Below, in pieces: positions 11,284 to 25,567 of a DNA stretch of 64,000 nucleotides (within the stretch, counting starts at the first letter, position 1; each line of letters begins with the position of its first letter). The notes under the pieces are model-generated. The model had not been told where the DNA came from. It saw only the letters and a list, made by a program, of their open reading frames with translations, and did not search any database. The stretch is from Marsupella aquatica. Its lineage: Eukaryota; Plantae; Marchantiophyta. The position numbers and the translations under genes were made by a program. The DNA is taken from assembly GCA_973895155.1 (NCBI GenBank), contig OZ316897.1, positions 11,307,832-11,371,831 of the forward strand. The letters run 5' to 3'.

Positions 11284-12289
11284 AATTAATTTTGGGTCAA
11301 TTTCTTTTCACAAACTTCAAGGTTTGAGACGCCTACTGCAGGTTGCAGGTGCACTGTCATTGAAGGACACCACCCTATGTCTAGCATCTAGTCTAGGATA
11401 CAAAACTAGTTTACAAAAAGGTTCTCTCTTTTGAACTCAAGTTGTCCAAGCTTATAGAGGGGTTAAGTCTTGGGCAAGGGGTGCACTGAGTCCGTGTTAT
11501 TGCAGATCCAAATGTGACTATGTTCGGTGACTATGTAATCATTCCATATCATGATAAACCTAAATATTTTGTTTGACTCACTAAATGTTATTCAAAACAC
11601 GTATCTGGCTATCGGTCCAGGCAAATACAGGTTCGCTGTGTTTTTTTGAGTGGCAAAAATTTGCATAACTTGACGTTGGTCAGAAAGCTTAGCCACAATG
11701 GGTTCAAATATGCCCAGTCTTTTGGGTGATATTTGCTACCTTCCTACTTTTTCTCCACTTTGGTGAGTCTCCTTGGGGACCTCTGCCAATTTAGCATTTT
11801 GGACTCTCCCATATGGTGAAGGTCAAACTTTAAGCCACCTTCCCCAAATGGTATGACAAATATTTTAGTATAATCGTACTTGGATAAATCAGCAAAATAA
11901 TTTTCTTTAATAGCACTTTCTGTTCTTTATAAGGGTACTTGAACTTTAAACACCCCAAATGGTAAGTTAAAAAGTTTGTTATTTTCTTAACTAGGTAATT
12001 CAGCAGGCAAATTCTTCAAGTTAACTAAAGGTGCTAGGATCCCAAAAACAAAGTAATGCAGCTGGACTGTGTTGTAATGTTCATACATGTATATTAAACT
12101 GCCAAACAACACACCTGGAAGAAAAGATCCCAGCCAAAAAAAATTATTTAAGGGGGGGAGGAGAGGGCTGAGACCCCAAGGAGAATTATGATATCAAGAA
12201 GAAAATTAATGATAACTTTAGAGTTGAGATGATTTTTTTTATTAATCACCTTAAAATAAGATTCATATGTAATTAGCTTTGGGTGAAAT

Positions 12290-12520
12290 TGAGCCTTGCC
12301 AGGCCTCGACCCTTTGTGCTTCCTCTTTCTTCCAGATCCAGTGACTATTGCTTGGATTGACAATGGCCCAATAGCCAGAATCGGCTCCCAGAAGTTCTCA
12401 GCCTCTTCCCACTCCTCGTCATCCTCACGGTCATCCTCTTCTGTCATACGTAACAGATTATCTCTCCATGATTGCATCCGTGGTGAGATTGGCAACCGGG
12501 TTGGCAACAAACACAAGCGA
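12290..12520 (-). mobile_element. Possible N-terminal fragment of a PIF/Harbinger-type transposase
   Basis: Acidic stretch followed by RKRKHKGSRPGKAQ, resembling the GSRPG(K/R) motif that precedes Harbinger/Plant_tran DDE domains; truncated immediately after. Confidence 0.35.
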
Positions 12521-12599
12521 CGGGAGGCCTAGGCAATTACCCAGGCAATTACAAATTTCTTCACACAGACAAATGCTTCAGCTGCGCTGTGGGCAAGTG

Positions 12600-13170
12600 T
12601 ACAGCAGGGGATAGAGCCCTGGGGAATCACTTCGAGCAAATTTCGTAATACACCTGTGAACACACCCTCCCCTCTAGTACCTCTTCTAGTGTTATCTCAA
12701 TCACATTTTAAAGTAAATTTTACATATATATTTATATATATATATATATATATGCATTATATGAATGCGAGTTCACACTTACTTATAGTATTCCATAGAG
12801 TCATTCACCCCATAGAGTGATTGACAAAGGCAAGCTAACCAAGGATTCATTCATGTGGACACCCACATGTATAGGAAATGAGCTCCATCACTTGTTGTTC
12901 ATGTGCAAAGGCAGCATAGTAGGAATGACTCCTAGTGATTGCTCTGCCACTTTTGCTTACAAACAAGAAAGTTTTTGACTTCCCAAAGAAACCCAGTGCA
13001 TACAAATGTGTTTGGGGTTCCATTTGTTTGTTATCTTCTCCTCTTAATATAGTCTCCTTTTAGCTCCACTTGTTCGTTCTCTTCCTCTTAGCACTCTCCA
13101 GTGGGGATCAAACCCAGGAGCCTGCAGGAGTCACCATCTTGTGGGCCATCATGAGGCTTCACTCTAGACC
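12600..13170 (-). mobile_element. SINE-like dispersed repeat, copy 1 (contains a (TA)n microsatellite at ~12724-12752)
   Basis: About 500 bp colinear with 14001-14490; minus strand has B-box-like GGTTTGATCCC. Confidence 0.5.
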
Positions 13171-14000
13171 GGCGTAGACTCTTGAGATTGGGGAAAGCAA
13201 TTCAAAGGGAAGAGGTTGACATTATCTTGAGGCCTTTCTTTACAGACCCCCATGGGAAGTTCCTTCCAAAATCCATGGAAACACGTGCAGCCACATCAGC
13301 ACTATTGATCACAAACAAGAACAGTTCGTTATGCAAAGAGCACCAAACAAGACTGTGTGTGTTTGACACAAGTCAAAGAAAAACAATTAGACCTTATAAA
13401 CTGAAAAAACAATTGAAAACTAACATATCAAATAAACAAAGAAAGGGGTAAACGAAAATAATCTTTGGATGGGTTGTGATTGATATTTCAGTAGATTGCA
13501 TGAGTTTTCTATTTAATTAGCAACTTTTGGAATAACCAATGGCAGAAAGAAACTCTTCAACTAGTGTAACATTTAGAAAGATAATATAAGAAACCATTTG
13601 GTTAATATGGAAAAAGGAACACAAATGGAACATAAGAAACCCTTTGACTACTATAGATAAAAGAATACCAAAGGAATGTAATTAAGAAATTCTTTGGCTT
13701 TTTTAGAATTTTGTATGGACTCTATGGACATAGGAGTACCAAGGGAACATTGTGCATGCACTTCTTCCATGAATAATCTACTTGTTTTTTCCTCTCATCT
13801 CCATATTCAAACCTATTCCAATTTGCAACTCTTCATGTGTTCTAACTTAGTTGTTGGATGTAGTTGTTTAGGGTTTAAAAAACTAAAAGGTAGTTGAGCA
13901 AGGGGTTAGTTGTTTAGGGTTTAAAAAACAAAAAAACAAAGTTGAGCAAGGGGTGTTTTTTATCTTTGTTTGCCGGTTGGTGAGCAAAGGGTATACAGCT

Positions 14001-14490
14001 TACAACAGGGGATACAGCCCTGGGGAATCACTTTAAACACCTGTGAACACACCCTTCCAACTAGTAACCCTTATTGTATTATTGTGGTCACATTTAAAGG
14101 GTCTTTTACAGTTTATGCATACATAAATGAAATTCAAACATATCTTCATTTGTCCACAATAAGTTCTAATATTCCATAGATTGATTGACCAGGGCGAGCT
14201 AATCAAGGATTCATTCTTGTGGACGCCCATATGTAGGGAACTAGATAGATAAAGGGATTTCTTCCTGTGAACACCCACATATTGGAAACGGGCTAGATCA
14301 GTTGTCGATGTGGAAGTGCAGGATAGTAGGAATGACTCCTAGCATTTGCTATGCCACTTTTGCTCTGGAAGTAGATAGTTTTTTACTCCCAAAAGAAATC
14401 CAGTGCCTTCAAATGTCTTTTGAGGTTCCACTTGTTCGTTATCTTCTCCTCTTAGCACCCAGCAGTGGGAATCGAACCCAGGAACCTGCC
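14001..14490 (-). mobile_element. SINE-like dispersed repeat, copy 2
   Basis: Colinear with 12600-13125; minus strand carries a canonical Pol III B-box GGTTCGATTCC at ~14469-14479. Confidence 0.55.
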
Positions 14491-17021
14491 CATCAGGCTG
14501 GAGGTAAAGCTGGATTTTCCAGCCTCAGAGTCAACAGAGTATTTGTCGGATCTCACTCTGGCCATCCACAATTGTTGCATCCTAGTCAATGTTCTCACGG
14601 CTACATTGATTGGCTTGTCATCATCACCAAACTTGGCTGGTGTAACCCAGTAAGTCTATTAGTGCTTCCTCTGTTGCTGAATCATATCTTTAAGACCTCA
14701 GGTTGTCAACTTGTGCTGCTGAACTCCCATCCAAGCTAGATTCTTCATCCGGCTACTTCTTCCAAGAATGAGAGTACATGGCTTCAAAATGTTTGAATGC
14801 CTTTCCACTCTATTGAGTATTGCTGAGAGCGTTCCAATCATTCTTAATTTCCGACCATTATTAGATATCATAGAATTAGAAAGTACAATCTTCAACATTC
14901 CTAGCACTTAAGAATGAGGTGCTTGTGCTAAAAGCACATGACAAATAAAGAAGCCCGTCCAGAATTTGATACAAAAATTCCAGCTGTGAGTTAATATCAA
15001 TGCACCTCACTACAACATTGTAAGAAATGGAATCATTAAAAGCTGGAGAAAGAAGACAAGGATTGTTTGCTGAATCGATCATTGTAACTCACCCAAAAGC
15101 TTCCCAGTACCTATCCGAATGCCAGCCCTGAAATTTTCCTTGCTGCTCCTATTGGAAGTTCTATTCTCATGGTCTTCAATTGCTCTTCCTTTACAATTGC
15201 TCTTCCGTTACTGAACTGCATGAGGTTGTCCGAAACAGTGAATGCACGATATTAGAGAATATCAATAGATGGAGAAAGCGCCGTGTGTATACTCTCGCAC
15301 TACATCCATCCAATTCGTCCACCTTACATCCGCACAAGAATGAAAAATAGACTAAGGCCTCAAATGAAATTCATTCTTGCTTGCTCCGAACCTTTTGCAT
15401 CTGTCAGATGCCAGATGCAGTCCCCTCTCCAACTCGTACACAAAAGAGATGAACCATTCTGCTCGAATTTGAAAGGAAATGTACGAACTGAACTAAAAGC
15501 TTGTACAGCTCGAGACAACGGCAGCTCTTGCCCACAAGCCTTGCAGCTGGAGCTCGAAAAGTTCTTCTGGAGCTCGAAAAGTTCACACAATGACAAGTTC
15601 ATGTCCTTGGCCCTCCCTAACTATTGTATGAGCAAAGAAAAAACAATATTCTGCTTGCAATATTCAAAATAAATTCTACAGTCGTTTGTAGCAGCTGTAC
15701 AGTTCAGCAATAATAATCCTAAATGAACGAAAGGACCACCAAAAAGATGCAGCCATTAGGACCCAAATTAGAAAAAGAAACTGCTCAGCAAGTAGAATAA
15801 ACACCTGTGCAGAATTAGAATCAAGATTGAGAGCCCACCACAAATCTCAAAAGATTTTAAGATGCCGAACTCCTTGATTAACTTTAAGCAAATCAATTCC
15901 TGCACGTATTCAAAATTACTCATCTCTCACCAAGCACCAGGGAAATCAACGTACTGAGTGACAATAGAGTCAAGGGCTTCGAGATTGTCACCAGCTTTTT
16001 GGGTCTACAGCAGATCGGAGCAGCCTGTTTTTATCCGGGTTCTGCTGAGGGGAAGTAATTTTCGAGATGTCAAGAAACCGCCGGCTCTATTTGAGTGAGA
16101 GTCTGCTAGAGCAATGTCGCCATGCTGCTGAATCTACTAGCTGTTTCTCGTCAAAAAACAATACAGTGGAAGGTCTGCGCACCTTCAGTGACGAACAGCA
16201 GCTACCAAAACTCTGTTATGTCCGTTTCGTTTAAGGAACCCTCTTTTCCGTGATCATGATGGGGAAGTAATTGCTCCACACGAAGACGAGGATAACGTTT
16301 CTCGAAAGCCCAACAGCCTTAGCGCTATTCTCCCAGCGTCTTGCAGTAAACAAGAGTATGCTACCTTTGTGAATGGAATTCATAAAGATCTTTCAAGGCC
16401 AAAAACCCTGAGAAGAAGGTCGCCTGGATGGACATTTACTGTAGCTTCGAGTTCCACCCGCTCAAAAATTGTGCTCACGAAGCAAGAAAGATCTGGACTG
16501 CTCTCCACACCAAAAATGAACACTGTAGCAGCCACTTAGAATTTCGTAGACGGTACAGGGAATACTTCCAGGTCGCGAAATAGCGACGAGGATTGAAGAT
16601 TCTTCAGCGACTCAGGGACGAGAGGAAGAACCCAGCTGGTATCAAGCAGAGCAGCAGATCAACAAAACAACTTCGCGAGGTCTTGTCTCGTCCAGAGCCA
16701 TTCCATCTGATTACTGCAATGCCGACGATGAGCTTGAAGTCCGATCGAAGAACGCATTTTGCACATAGTAATTTCAAATCTCTGTGCGCTCTCAAGTTGT
16801 TTGACAACGAACGAAGGCGAACGACATTAATGACCCAAATTAATCAAGGTTTTCCGTAAATTTAGGGAGATGTCAGTGTAGAAAATTAATCTAGTAAAAT
16901 TATTAACTAAGGTTCACCTCGTGTATATCCTGGTTTAACCTGACGGGCACCCTGACACCTTGCTGGGCACGTCAAATGATGGTACAAAAATGACCAATTC
17001 GACGGATATTCGATAAGATTC

Positions 17022-17173
17022 TCCCGAACTCACCCGAACTCGAACCCAGACCCGAACCCGAACTCCCCCGGACCGCCTCTCCCCGGCCGAACCCCGAACC
17101 CGAACTTCCCCCCCGGACCGCCCCCGAACCCAAACCCGAATCTGGACTCCCCCCCCTCCCCCCCCCCCCCCCC
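17022..17173. repeat. C-rich tract: (cccgaa)-type repeats plus poly-C; G-rich on the minus strand
   Basis: Directly visible. Confidence 0.8.
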
Positions 17174-19529
17174 AAACCGACAAGTCTTGTTTGTTGCATT
17201 GTTGTTGACGTGGCACGTTGTGGTGCCAGGAACTTTGGAAGGGATCTCTAGTGGGGTCCGTAAATATATGCCAAGAAATTAATATCTGGGAGTACACATG
17301 TAAATAAAACACATTATGACCAAGTAAGTACAAAGAGTACTAAAGAGTTATGCACATACACATTTTCAATTGCTTCTAGATAATGATAATCAACTCAATT
17401 AAGTTTTGTAAAAGCAACGGGGAGGGGAACTTAGTAACCAAATGTGCACATTATTTGAACTCATTTCTCTCACTCTCATGAGAAAAACTATAATTCACTA
17501 AGGAGTGATTGAAAAGTAAAGATTGACAATTTATGAGGGGAGCCAAATATTTCAAAATACTCTAAGTTCACTAAAATTAAAAGGGGTCAAAAAGTTAATT
17601 AAAAATAAAATTAATACAAATGATCCACCTAGTCTAGGCACATTAAAATAAAAATACTGAACACAAAATCTGAATAAGACAAAATGTGAAAGTTGGATTC
17701 ACCATTATATCAACTTCAAAATGTAGTAAAATTATCAACTAAGGTTCACCTCGTGGATGATTTCACTTTGTGTGAAAGAAAAAAGGTGAACTATCATTTT
17801 CTTAGTTCATACAATGTGAACTTATCCACCCTGGCCAAAAAGGGAAAACTTTAAAATTGCTTTTATTGTCATTTTTGATGTGGCAGAATGGAAGTGTTGT
17901 TGACCATATGTGAGATGACCTGGCAATTATATCATGGAAGCCTTGTTGACCACGAGGGAGATGATCAGGCAATTCTATTGTGCTGTGTTGACTGGCTGGG
18001 CGTGGAAAAGGTGCTCAGTGGCACCTCTAGGTCCATGTCAAGGTTAGGCAAAAATGTCACAATAGTCAAACTGCCAGGGCAGCTTCCAACCAGAAAGACA
18101 TTTTGCAAGCAAACCATGAGAATAGAAGAGTGTGATTTCATATTAGTGTTTAATTGACTACCATTGCCTAACGTATAGTACAAGGGGGTTGCTATTTACC
18201 AGTGTAAATTTACACTGGCAAATCCAATCAACGCTTAGGTACAAGTTTGATGTTATTTGTTGTGAGTTGATTTATAGGGCTTGAGTACTAGATGTGTGCT
18301 GGACATTTGCTGCTTACTGTGTCTGGCCTGATGCTTTTTCAGTACCTTTCCCCGTTAGAGGACATATGAGTTGTACCTGGCTCGTACTGATGCAGATTAT
18401 CAGGCTGACAACTATTTTGTTGTTTCCTGGAAAGAGCACACCACCTAAGTTTACAATTCATGTCTAGCTAAGCGTAGGCATTAAATTTTTGGTAAAATTA
18501 TTTATTTGATAACAAATAATTTTGATATTTAAACTCTACGTGTGAATAGGGACAAGCATGGCCGTCTGGGTACATGGAACCCTTTTTGTGTATACACAAG
18601 CATGGGTCTAGGTACATGGAACCCTTTTTTGTGTTCACATAGGTCTTCAAAGCTAGTATTTTTATAAATGCAAATTCCAAGGGTACAGGTCAGACAGGCT
18701 GGCTGCTCTTAGGCAATTTTATTTGCTATTGAAAGAAATTTATCAACCCAGAAAAAAAGGGGGGAGTCCAACCCATGTTTCCGAAATGCACATCGAAAAA
18801 TCCAACAACTGTTTACTAAATATTTGCGAAAAGGAAAGGAAACAATATTATTAAAAAAAGGGAAAAGGAAAAATCATGAGAAGCAGGTGTGTCAAACTGG
18901 GAAGAGTCCAAGGTTTAGGGAACCTTGCCCTACAAATGATGCCACTCAGCCTGCATGAGCACTCAAAGGAGAACCGTCCGATATTTATAAGATGGGAAAA
19001 CGGAGAAGAAGTCCTATATGCCAAAGAGTCCATCGAATGTCTTAATCCGACCCAAAAAGGAATGATTAGTACTGGTACAAAATCCATCCGATGAATCTGA
19101 AGTGGAAAGAGCATATTAATGTAATTTACATTGTATCCTAGAAATATGCTCTTTTCCCTCGAGCGAGCTGTCGTTATTAACTAATAAAACTTCCAGGTCT
19201 CAGCTAAATGTTGTCCTTCCAGAGAATCCTATGGACCCGTACCCGAGACATTATTAATGACTCTAAAAACAGTTGTCGTAGACAATTATAAAAGCAAATA
19301 AGGTGTGTCCACGTGGAAATACTCTGTGAGTTGGCAATCATTGCGATACTATAGTGGAGCATTAATGCGTCAATTTATTGAAAACAATGATCTAATCTGG
19401 AAGGAAACATTTCGACTTTATGGCACGGAGGTCGGTGTGATGAGGGGCTACTGTAGCGGTCTGTCGTTCAGTTAACATCGGGAATCCCACAATGATCAGA
19501 GGGAACGAATTCGTTCACTATCTCCATTA

Positions 19530-20400
19530 CGCTATTAAAACTGGAGTTCCAAGGAACAGCATATCGAGGAAAAACAGCAGGAGTGTTTCAGCCATGATGC
19601 ATGATGTTGCAGTCGCCTTGGCTTAAGTGCACCCTCCATAGTGAAAATCCTAGCTTTTTTGTACACAGTCCAGTTCAGTGGGCACTATGGGATATAATGC
19701 CCCAAAAAACAAGAGATTCAGATGAGTGTTTAAGGGGCTATTATTGCCCATAATGCTGCTTAAGGAGGACCTTTCTACACTTACTGGCATGAGAGCTTTT
19801 TATTTTTTCTAACTTTTGGTGAAAGTAGAAGAAAATCTGTCCTAAAGAGGTGATCAGATCTTGACCACTGCATTATGATCCAGAATGCTCTGTATAATTC
19901 AAAGGGAAAAATCATGAAGGGGCATTAAGCAACATAGACCATCCCTCAATTTCTTTAAGCTAGTTACAATTTTGTGCACCTTCTATAAGTGCAATTTGGT
20001 TTCCAGTGCAAACTCCTAAACTCTATGTGAGACTTTCGCCTCTATGCTTTTAACACTGGATTTCCAAGGAAAAGCATGTAGAGGAAGAGCAGGAGTGTTT
20101 AAGAGCAGGAGTGCAGCCGCCTTTGCTTAAGTGCACAATTCGTAAAGTGCAAGACCTAGCTTCTTGCCAGACAAACTGCCCTTCCTTTTGTTAATCAGTT
20201 GCTCTTGTTTAACACCTTTTGTTTATGCAATGAAGTTTCCAGTGCAAATTTCTAAACCCTAAACCCTATGTGGGCTTTCTCCTCAATGCTATTAACACTG
20301 GATTCCAAGGGATAGCATCTGGAAGAAGAAAAAAATGTTTCAGACATGATGCAGTACTCCCCTTTGCTTTAGTGCACACTCCATAAGTGCAAATACCACC
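19530..20400. repeat. Three degenerate local repeats (actggattccaagg..agcat...gtgttt...gctt.agtgcac)
   Basis: Copies at ~19535, ~20050, ~20292. Confidence 0.7.
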
Positions 20401-21789
20401 CTTCCATGCTTTAAGCAATTTGGACTTGTTTTGCGCCTCATAGATGTGCAATGAGGTCCACAGTATTGTAAGCAGCAGGGGTTTGAGGAGAATTTTGAAA
20501 GGCAAAGAAAAATGATTTCATGGCCAATGGAGCAATCTGAGGGAAAGTCCTCTACAAAATAGCAAAGAGAACTATTCTCAATCGATCAATTGGACATTCT
20601 TCATCAATTGGATGTCGTTCTCATTTGCTGATAGAAGGGAATCCCGTTGAATGACGTACAAATCAGCAGAGTGAAGGATTTCACGTATCATGGCAGATAG
20701 AGCAATTCATCAGATCGATGGATCGATTGGGTAGTGTTCATAAGACTCAGATGAGAAATTGAAGTCCTCAGTTGACATTAGTGAAGAATCTCATAGAATC
20801 ATCTACAAAGCAGAATGAAGGATTTCATCATTGCAGACAACGTCAGATTAGAGCAACAATCGATGGATTGGATTGTCCATGACACTGAGATTAGGGAATC
20901 TCCCCGTCTCGAGGACTTGAGTTAAGAGATAGAAACTGTTTTGTAGCAGAAAAAGAGAGTGAGCGAATTCCAAAGAGTAATCTACATTGAAAGCGTGTGA
21001 ACGACTTCGTCATGGCATATGACGTAGAGCTCGAGCAATCCATGGGATCTGCGATAAATTGAAGAGTTGTCCATTCATGAGAAATGCGTGTATACTCACA
21101 CTCGGTACGTCCTCCCGGCCTTGATGACCCGACCAGCCGGCTGCTAGCTGCCCCTTACGCGTGAGGTGGACCTAGGAAGCTCGTGTTTCTCATGAATCGA
21201 CGTCTGTACCTTGCAACGCTCAGGAAGTCAAGTACAGAGGGTGATATACCATTCATGTCCGGTACCAGAACGAAGGAATCACCCACTACTGCTGCTGCTG
21301 CTGGCGAAAACTGTTCTCAGTTCTCTATATGCATACATATCCACGTGGGAGAGGAGCCTTCATCTTCTTCCTTTTATTGCCAAAGAAAACTCATCATCAT
21401 TCTTCACACATCAAGTAATTGTATCTAATTCATTCGTCTCCACGTGATGTTAAGTTCAGATGAAGCAAAGAATCTGGGCTGAATGAGCTCGATCTATCTG
21501 TGTGAACTAATCTCTTTGTACAAAATGGTAGACTGCCTGCCTACTGCTACATGTTGTTGCGCGCGCGGCTGCTGCTGCTGCTTTCAAAAATTGTGTTACC
21601 TTTTTCCAAGGTAGAAATAATTTGTAGGAGAAACTAAAGCAAAGAATGCCATTGTGAAATTAAATTAAATTTCAGTCTTTTGGCTTGGAACTGGAGTAAG
21701 CTCCCTCGAATCCCAACGAATGGTTCCTCGTGCTCGTTCGACACGATAATCAAACATCCTCAGAGGTCGCTCGCTCCCTCATTCACAAG

Positions 21790-24523
21790 CTACTGCTGGC
21801 GCTCTCTTCCGAACGTTCTTGTGGGAGTGAAGGATTCGGATGAGAACACATCAGAGGGGTTCTCGGCAGGTGAGGGGACATCGAGCTCGTCTTTAGACTT
21901 CTCAGCAGAGGTGTCATACGCTGACCTGGAGGTATCGTCGCCGTTCTCATTTCCACTGTCGGAGAATTGCCGAATGTCTTCCAACATCTTCACGACATGG
22001 TCCATCGTGGGCCTCTGTTCCGGGATGTGCAGCACGCATTGCATCGCAATTTGGAGCATTTGCACCATCTCCTCTTCGATGTTCTGGAATCTCAGTAGCT
22101 CGACGTCGAACACTTCCGCGGTCCATTCTTCCCGGACCACTGACTGGACCCATCTGGGCAGATCCATCCCCTCGTCATTCAATGTCGCCTGTGTGGGAGC
22201 CTTTCCTGTCAGCAACTCTAGTAGAAGCACGCCGAAGCTGTACACATCCGCTTTGAAGGTCACCTTCCTCGTCTCTAACACTTCCGGAGCTTTATACCCA
22301 ATAATCCTCGACGCGGCGGCGTTGGAGTTCAGGAGCTGGACGAGTCCAAAATCCGAGACACATCCTTCCAGTTCTCTCGTGAGGAGCACATTGGACGACT
22401 TGATGTTCCCGTGTGTGAAGCCATGCTCATTGTGAAGGAAAGCCAGGCCCCGCGCAGCCCCTATGGCAATGCGGACTCGGGAAATCCAGTCCAGCGGTGT
22501 GCGAGATGCTCCCTTCGTGCCTGCAGTAGAGTAAATAAAATATCCCAATCAATCAATCAAGCAGCCACCAGCATGTAGTTCGCAGACAGAGCATGAATGA
22601 TCGACCAACGACTATACGGAGCTTTTACCAGCTTTTCCGCTTTTACGCAGTATCAGCTTTTAGACTGACGAGAATAACGACGGACTTTATCTCACGGGGA
22701 TTTACCGACAACGTCAAGACATTTTATTATTTCCCACTTTGAGGACCTGATTGACGCTTAGCGCACGATATCGATTCAACCGCCACCATAGTGAACGACG
22801 CTATTCTCGATGAAAAACTGGCAAATGCAGGTTCCGACACTACGACCGTGAAAGATTGCGAGACCACACAAAATGCGCAAACACTATTTCAGGCAGTTTC
22901 ACCCACACGACGCCCCAAAAATCTTCGTGGTGTGGAAACAAAAGTTTAGGAACAGGAAAGCAGAGAAAGGTATCCCATTGTCAAAATCCACGCTGACTCA
23001 GTCTGCTCGTTAATATGAGCTTCAAATCTCAGTGCGTGATTGTCGTAAACCTCGGAGGAACATGGTGACAAGCGCGGGCATTTTCATTATAATTAAAGCA
23101 TGCAAGTAAAAAAATATAAACCTGTGAATAAGTTAGGGTGAGCGAGGTGCAAGCATGATTGTAGCTTACCGTGAAGGAGAGCTGACAGGCTCCCGGCGGG
23201 CATGTAATCATAGACTAGCAATTTTTCATCTTTGGAGAAGTAGTAGGCACGCAGAGGAACCAAATTGCGGTGCTGGAATCTCCCAATGACCTCAATCTGC
23301 GTTTCGAAGTCTTTTTTAGCGGTGGTCACGTCCTTGAGGCGCTTGACGGTGACGATGGTTCCGTCCTCAAGCACTGCCTTGTACGCGGTTCCTATGCTTC
23401 CCTTGCCCAGCACCTCAGCTGACGCCCTCAACAAATCTTCCAAATCGAATGAGAAGGTTTTCCCTTCCAAGAAAATCAACCTGCTGCGATCCTGCTCCTG
23501 CGTCGCTGAGCTTGGGTAGTCGTCTTTCGGGTCCTCAGCTTTGCCAGCGGCCGCGCCCCCGACCGTCTCCTTGGATGCATTGGATGCTTTCTGTCTCTTG
23601 TGTTTGCGAAACCAGAAGATGCAGCACAAAGCCAGTACACTCAGCAACGCTACGTCTCCGAGCACGATGGCTATGATTACTCCCGTGGACAGACTATTCT
23701 TCTTCTTGTGCCCAGATGTTGCATTCGATGGGACGGGGACAGGGGACGGCACTGGAGGACTTGGCGGAGGGGGCGGAGGGGGAGGAGGGCGAGCTGGACA
23801 GGTCAGATTCGTCGGCGATCCACAAAGACCTGGATTTCCAGCAAAGCTACCCGGTCCAAATCTCTCCAATGAGGCAGGGATGGAGCCCGAGAGATTGTTA
23901 TTAGCGACATTGAAATAAGCTAGGGTGCTTGTGGGAATATCAGGCACGGTACCTGATAGTTGATTGCCGTCTAGATAAATGCCTCTGACGAGCTTGACAT
24001 CGGCGAGAGTGCCCGAAATGCTGCCAGTGAACTGATTGTTTGCTAAGTCCAGAGTCAGCATTCGGGGCCACAACGCGAAATTCGACGGCAATAGCCCGCT
24101 TAAATTGTTGCTGTGGAAAAAAAGATTCTGAACTAACGAGAGATTGGCAATGTCAGCGGGCAACGATCCAGTGAGATTATTCGTGTGCAGGTTGATTGCA
24201 CGCAGCTGGTCCAGCGCGCCCAAACTGTGAAGGGGAATGCTGCCCGCCAGACCTCGATCGAACAAACGGAGCTTAAACACGCGACTATTATTCCCGCAGG
24301 TTACCCCCGTCCACGAACATAGTGCAGTACCATTTCCCCAGTTAAATAGATTGCCGTGCGGATCCACAGCAGCTTTGAACGCGAGGAGCGCAGTGGCATC
24401 CGTGCTTGTGTCTCCTCCGTGCGTGGGGGGGACGACGAACATCACGAGGAACGATAGCACAAGGAACAGCAATGCCTCCGCTCTCCATTCTGGCCATTCT
24501 AAACGCCTCCTGAACTTCGCCAT
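21790..24523 (-). CDS. LRR receptor-like kinase, LRR-III subfamily (RKL1/RLK902/At5g58300-like), probably catalytically atypical; exons 24523-23170 and 22520-21790, ~694 aa
   Basis: Signal peptide, LRRNT (ALLAFK...CSWTGVTC), LRRs, GNPGLCG cap, poly-Pro, TM helix, [40 protein letters not shown] (catalytic Asp replaced), DFG; phase-1 intron at ALLH/G. Confidence 0.95.
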
Positions 24524-25567
24524 GACGATCCTATTTTTCCTAAAATCTCTAGCTGCTCCCCTTCGATTTAGCACCTGTGGGCCTCCTTGTCGGCCCCGCC
24601 TGAGCCGGAAATCAGCCCCTCGGTTTGCGAGTGAGCAACACAAAAAATGAAATCACAATATTGAAGTTCTTCCTACCTCGTATACCCTTCACAGAAATAT
24701 GTTGATCATCATGATCATCAACAGCATCGTCATCATCGCCACCAATCCTTCCCTCCTTCCACGTAGCTCATCAATCTACTCCGCTACTCTTCCCATTTCA
24801 GAAACCACGCACTTCCGTCCATCCCACCATCCACTACTGTACACAAATCCGAAACCTTTTCACCTCTCGTCCATCATCGTCATCATCATGCACCAACCAG
24901 GCGCTCTGGTTCATTCATTTTCATCCACCACGTCCTACAAAATCAGTCGATCGTTTTCCACCCTTTCTTCTTCGTCCCGAGCCGCCATCATCATCATCAT
25001 CAATCTCGAGAGAACGAGAGCTAGAGGAGCTCCGTCACACAATCTCCTCCTCGATCACTCGGCAACCTCTGTCGCCTTGCGGTCCAAGTACCAGTACAGT
25101 CGTAATAAGTTGCGTTGCTTTGCCTCCTCCTCCTACAGTAGCAGTCTACCGCAGTCCAACGCAAGCTGAGAGCGGAGCTCCTCTACCGACACCAGCACTC
25201 AATCGAAACAACAATCACTCAGCGCGGCCTTCGTACCAGCTCTAGTTTCGCACCCTCCCTCTCAGCAATTCTCCACAGTTGAGTGGGCTGAAAGTTGTGG
25301 GGAATGGAGTATACGCGTGAGAGCTCGCTTCCTTGGGCGGAGAGACGTTGTCTTCGTCCTCCTCCGCCTCCCTAACCGGCAATGCTATGCTCCTACACTA
25401 CTACTGCTGTAGGCATTCGACAACGGCTGCCTGCTGCGCTGATGCCGTGCCCTGCCCAGCTCTGCCCTGCCTTGTGCCGTGCTTCGTCAAAGGGGAAAGA
25501 TGCTCGGCCCGACCTTGTCAACGGCAAGAGCGGACAAATTACACGCAGCGAAACCGCAACACTAGAA

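Noticed and set aside
14876-15082. FLYQILDGLLYL resembles the kinase alpha-E helix
   Set aside because: No HRD, DFG or other kinase motifs follow; likely chance or too decayed to call
21680-22435. 251-aa plus-strand ORF
   Set aside because: Antisense shadow of the RLK kinase exon
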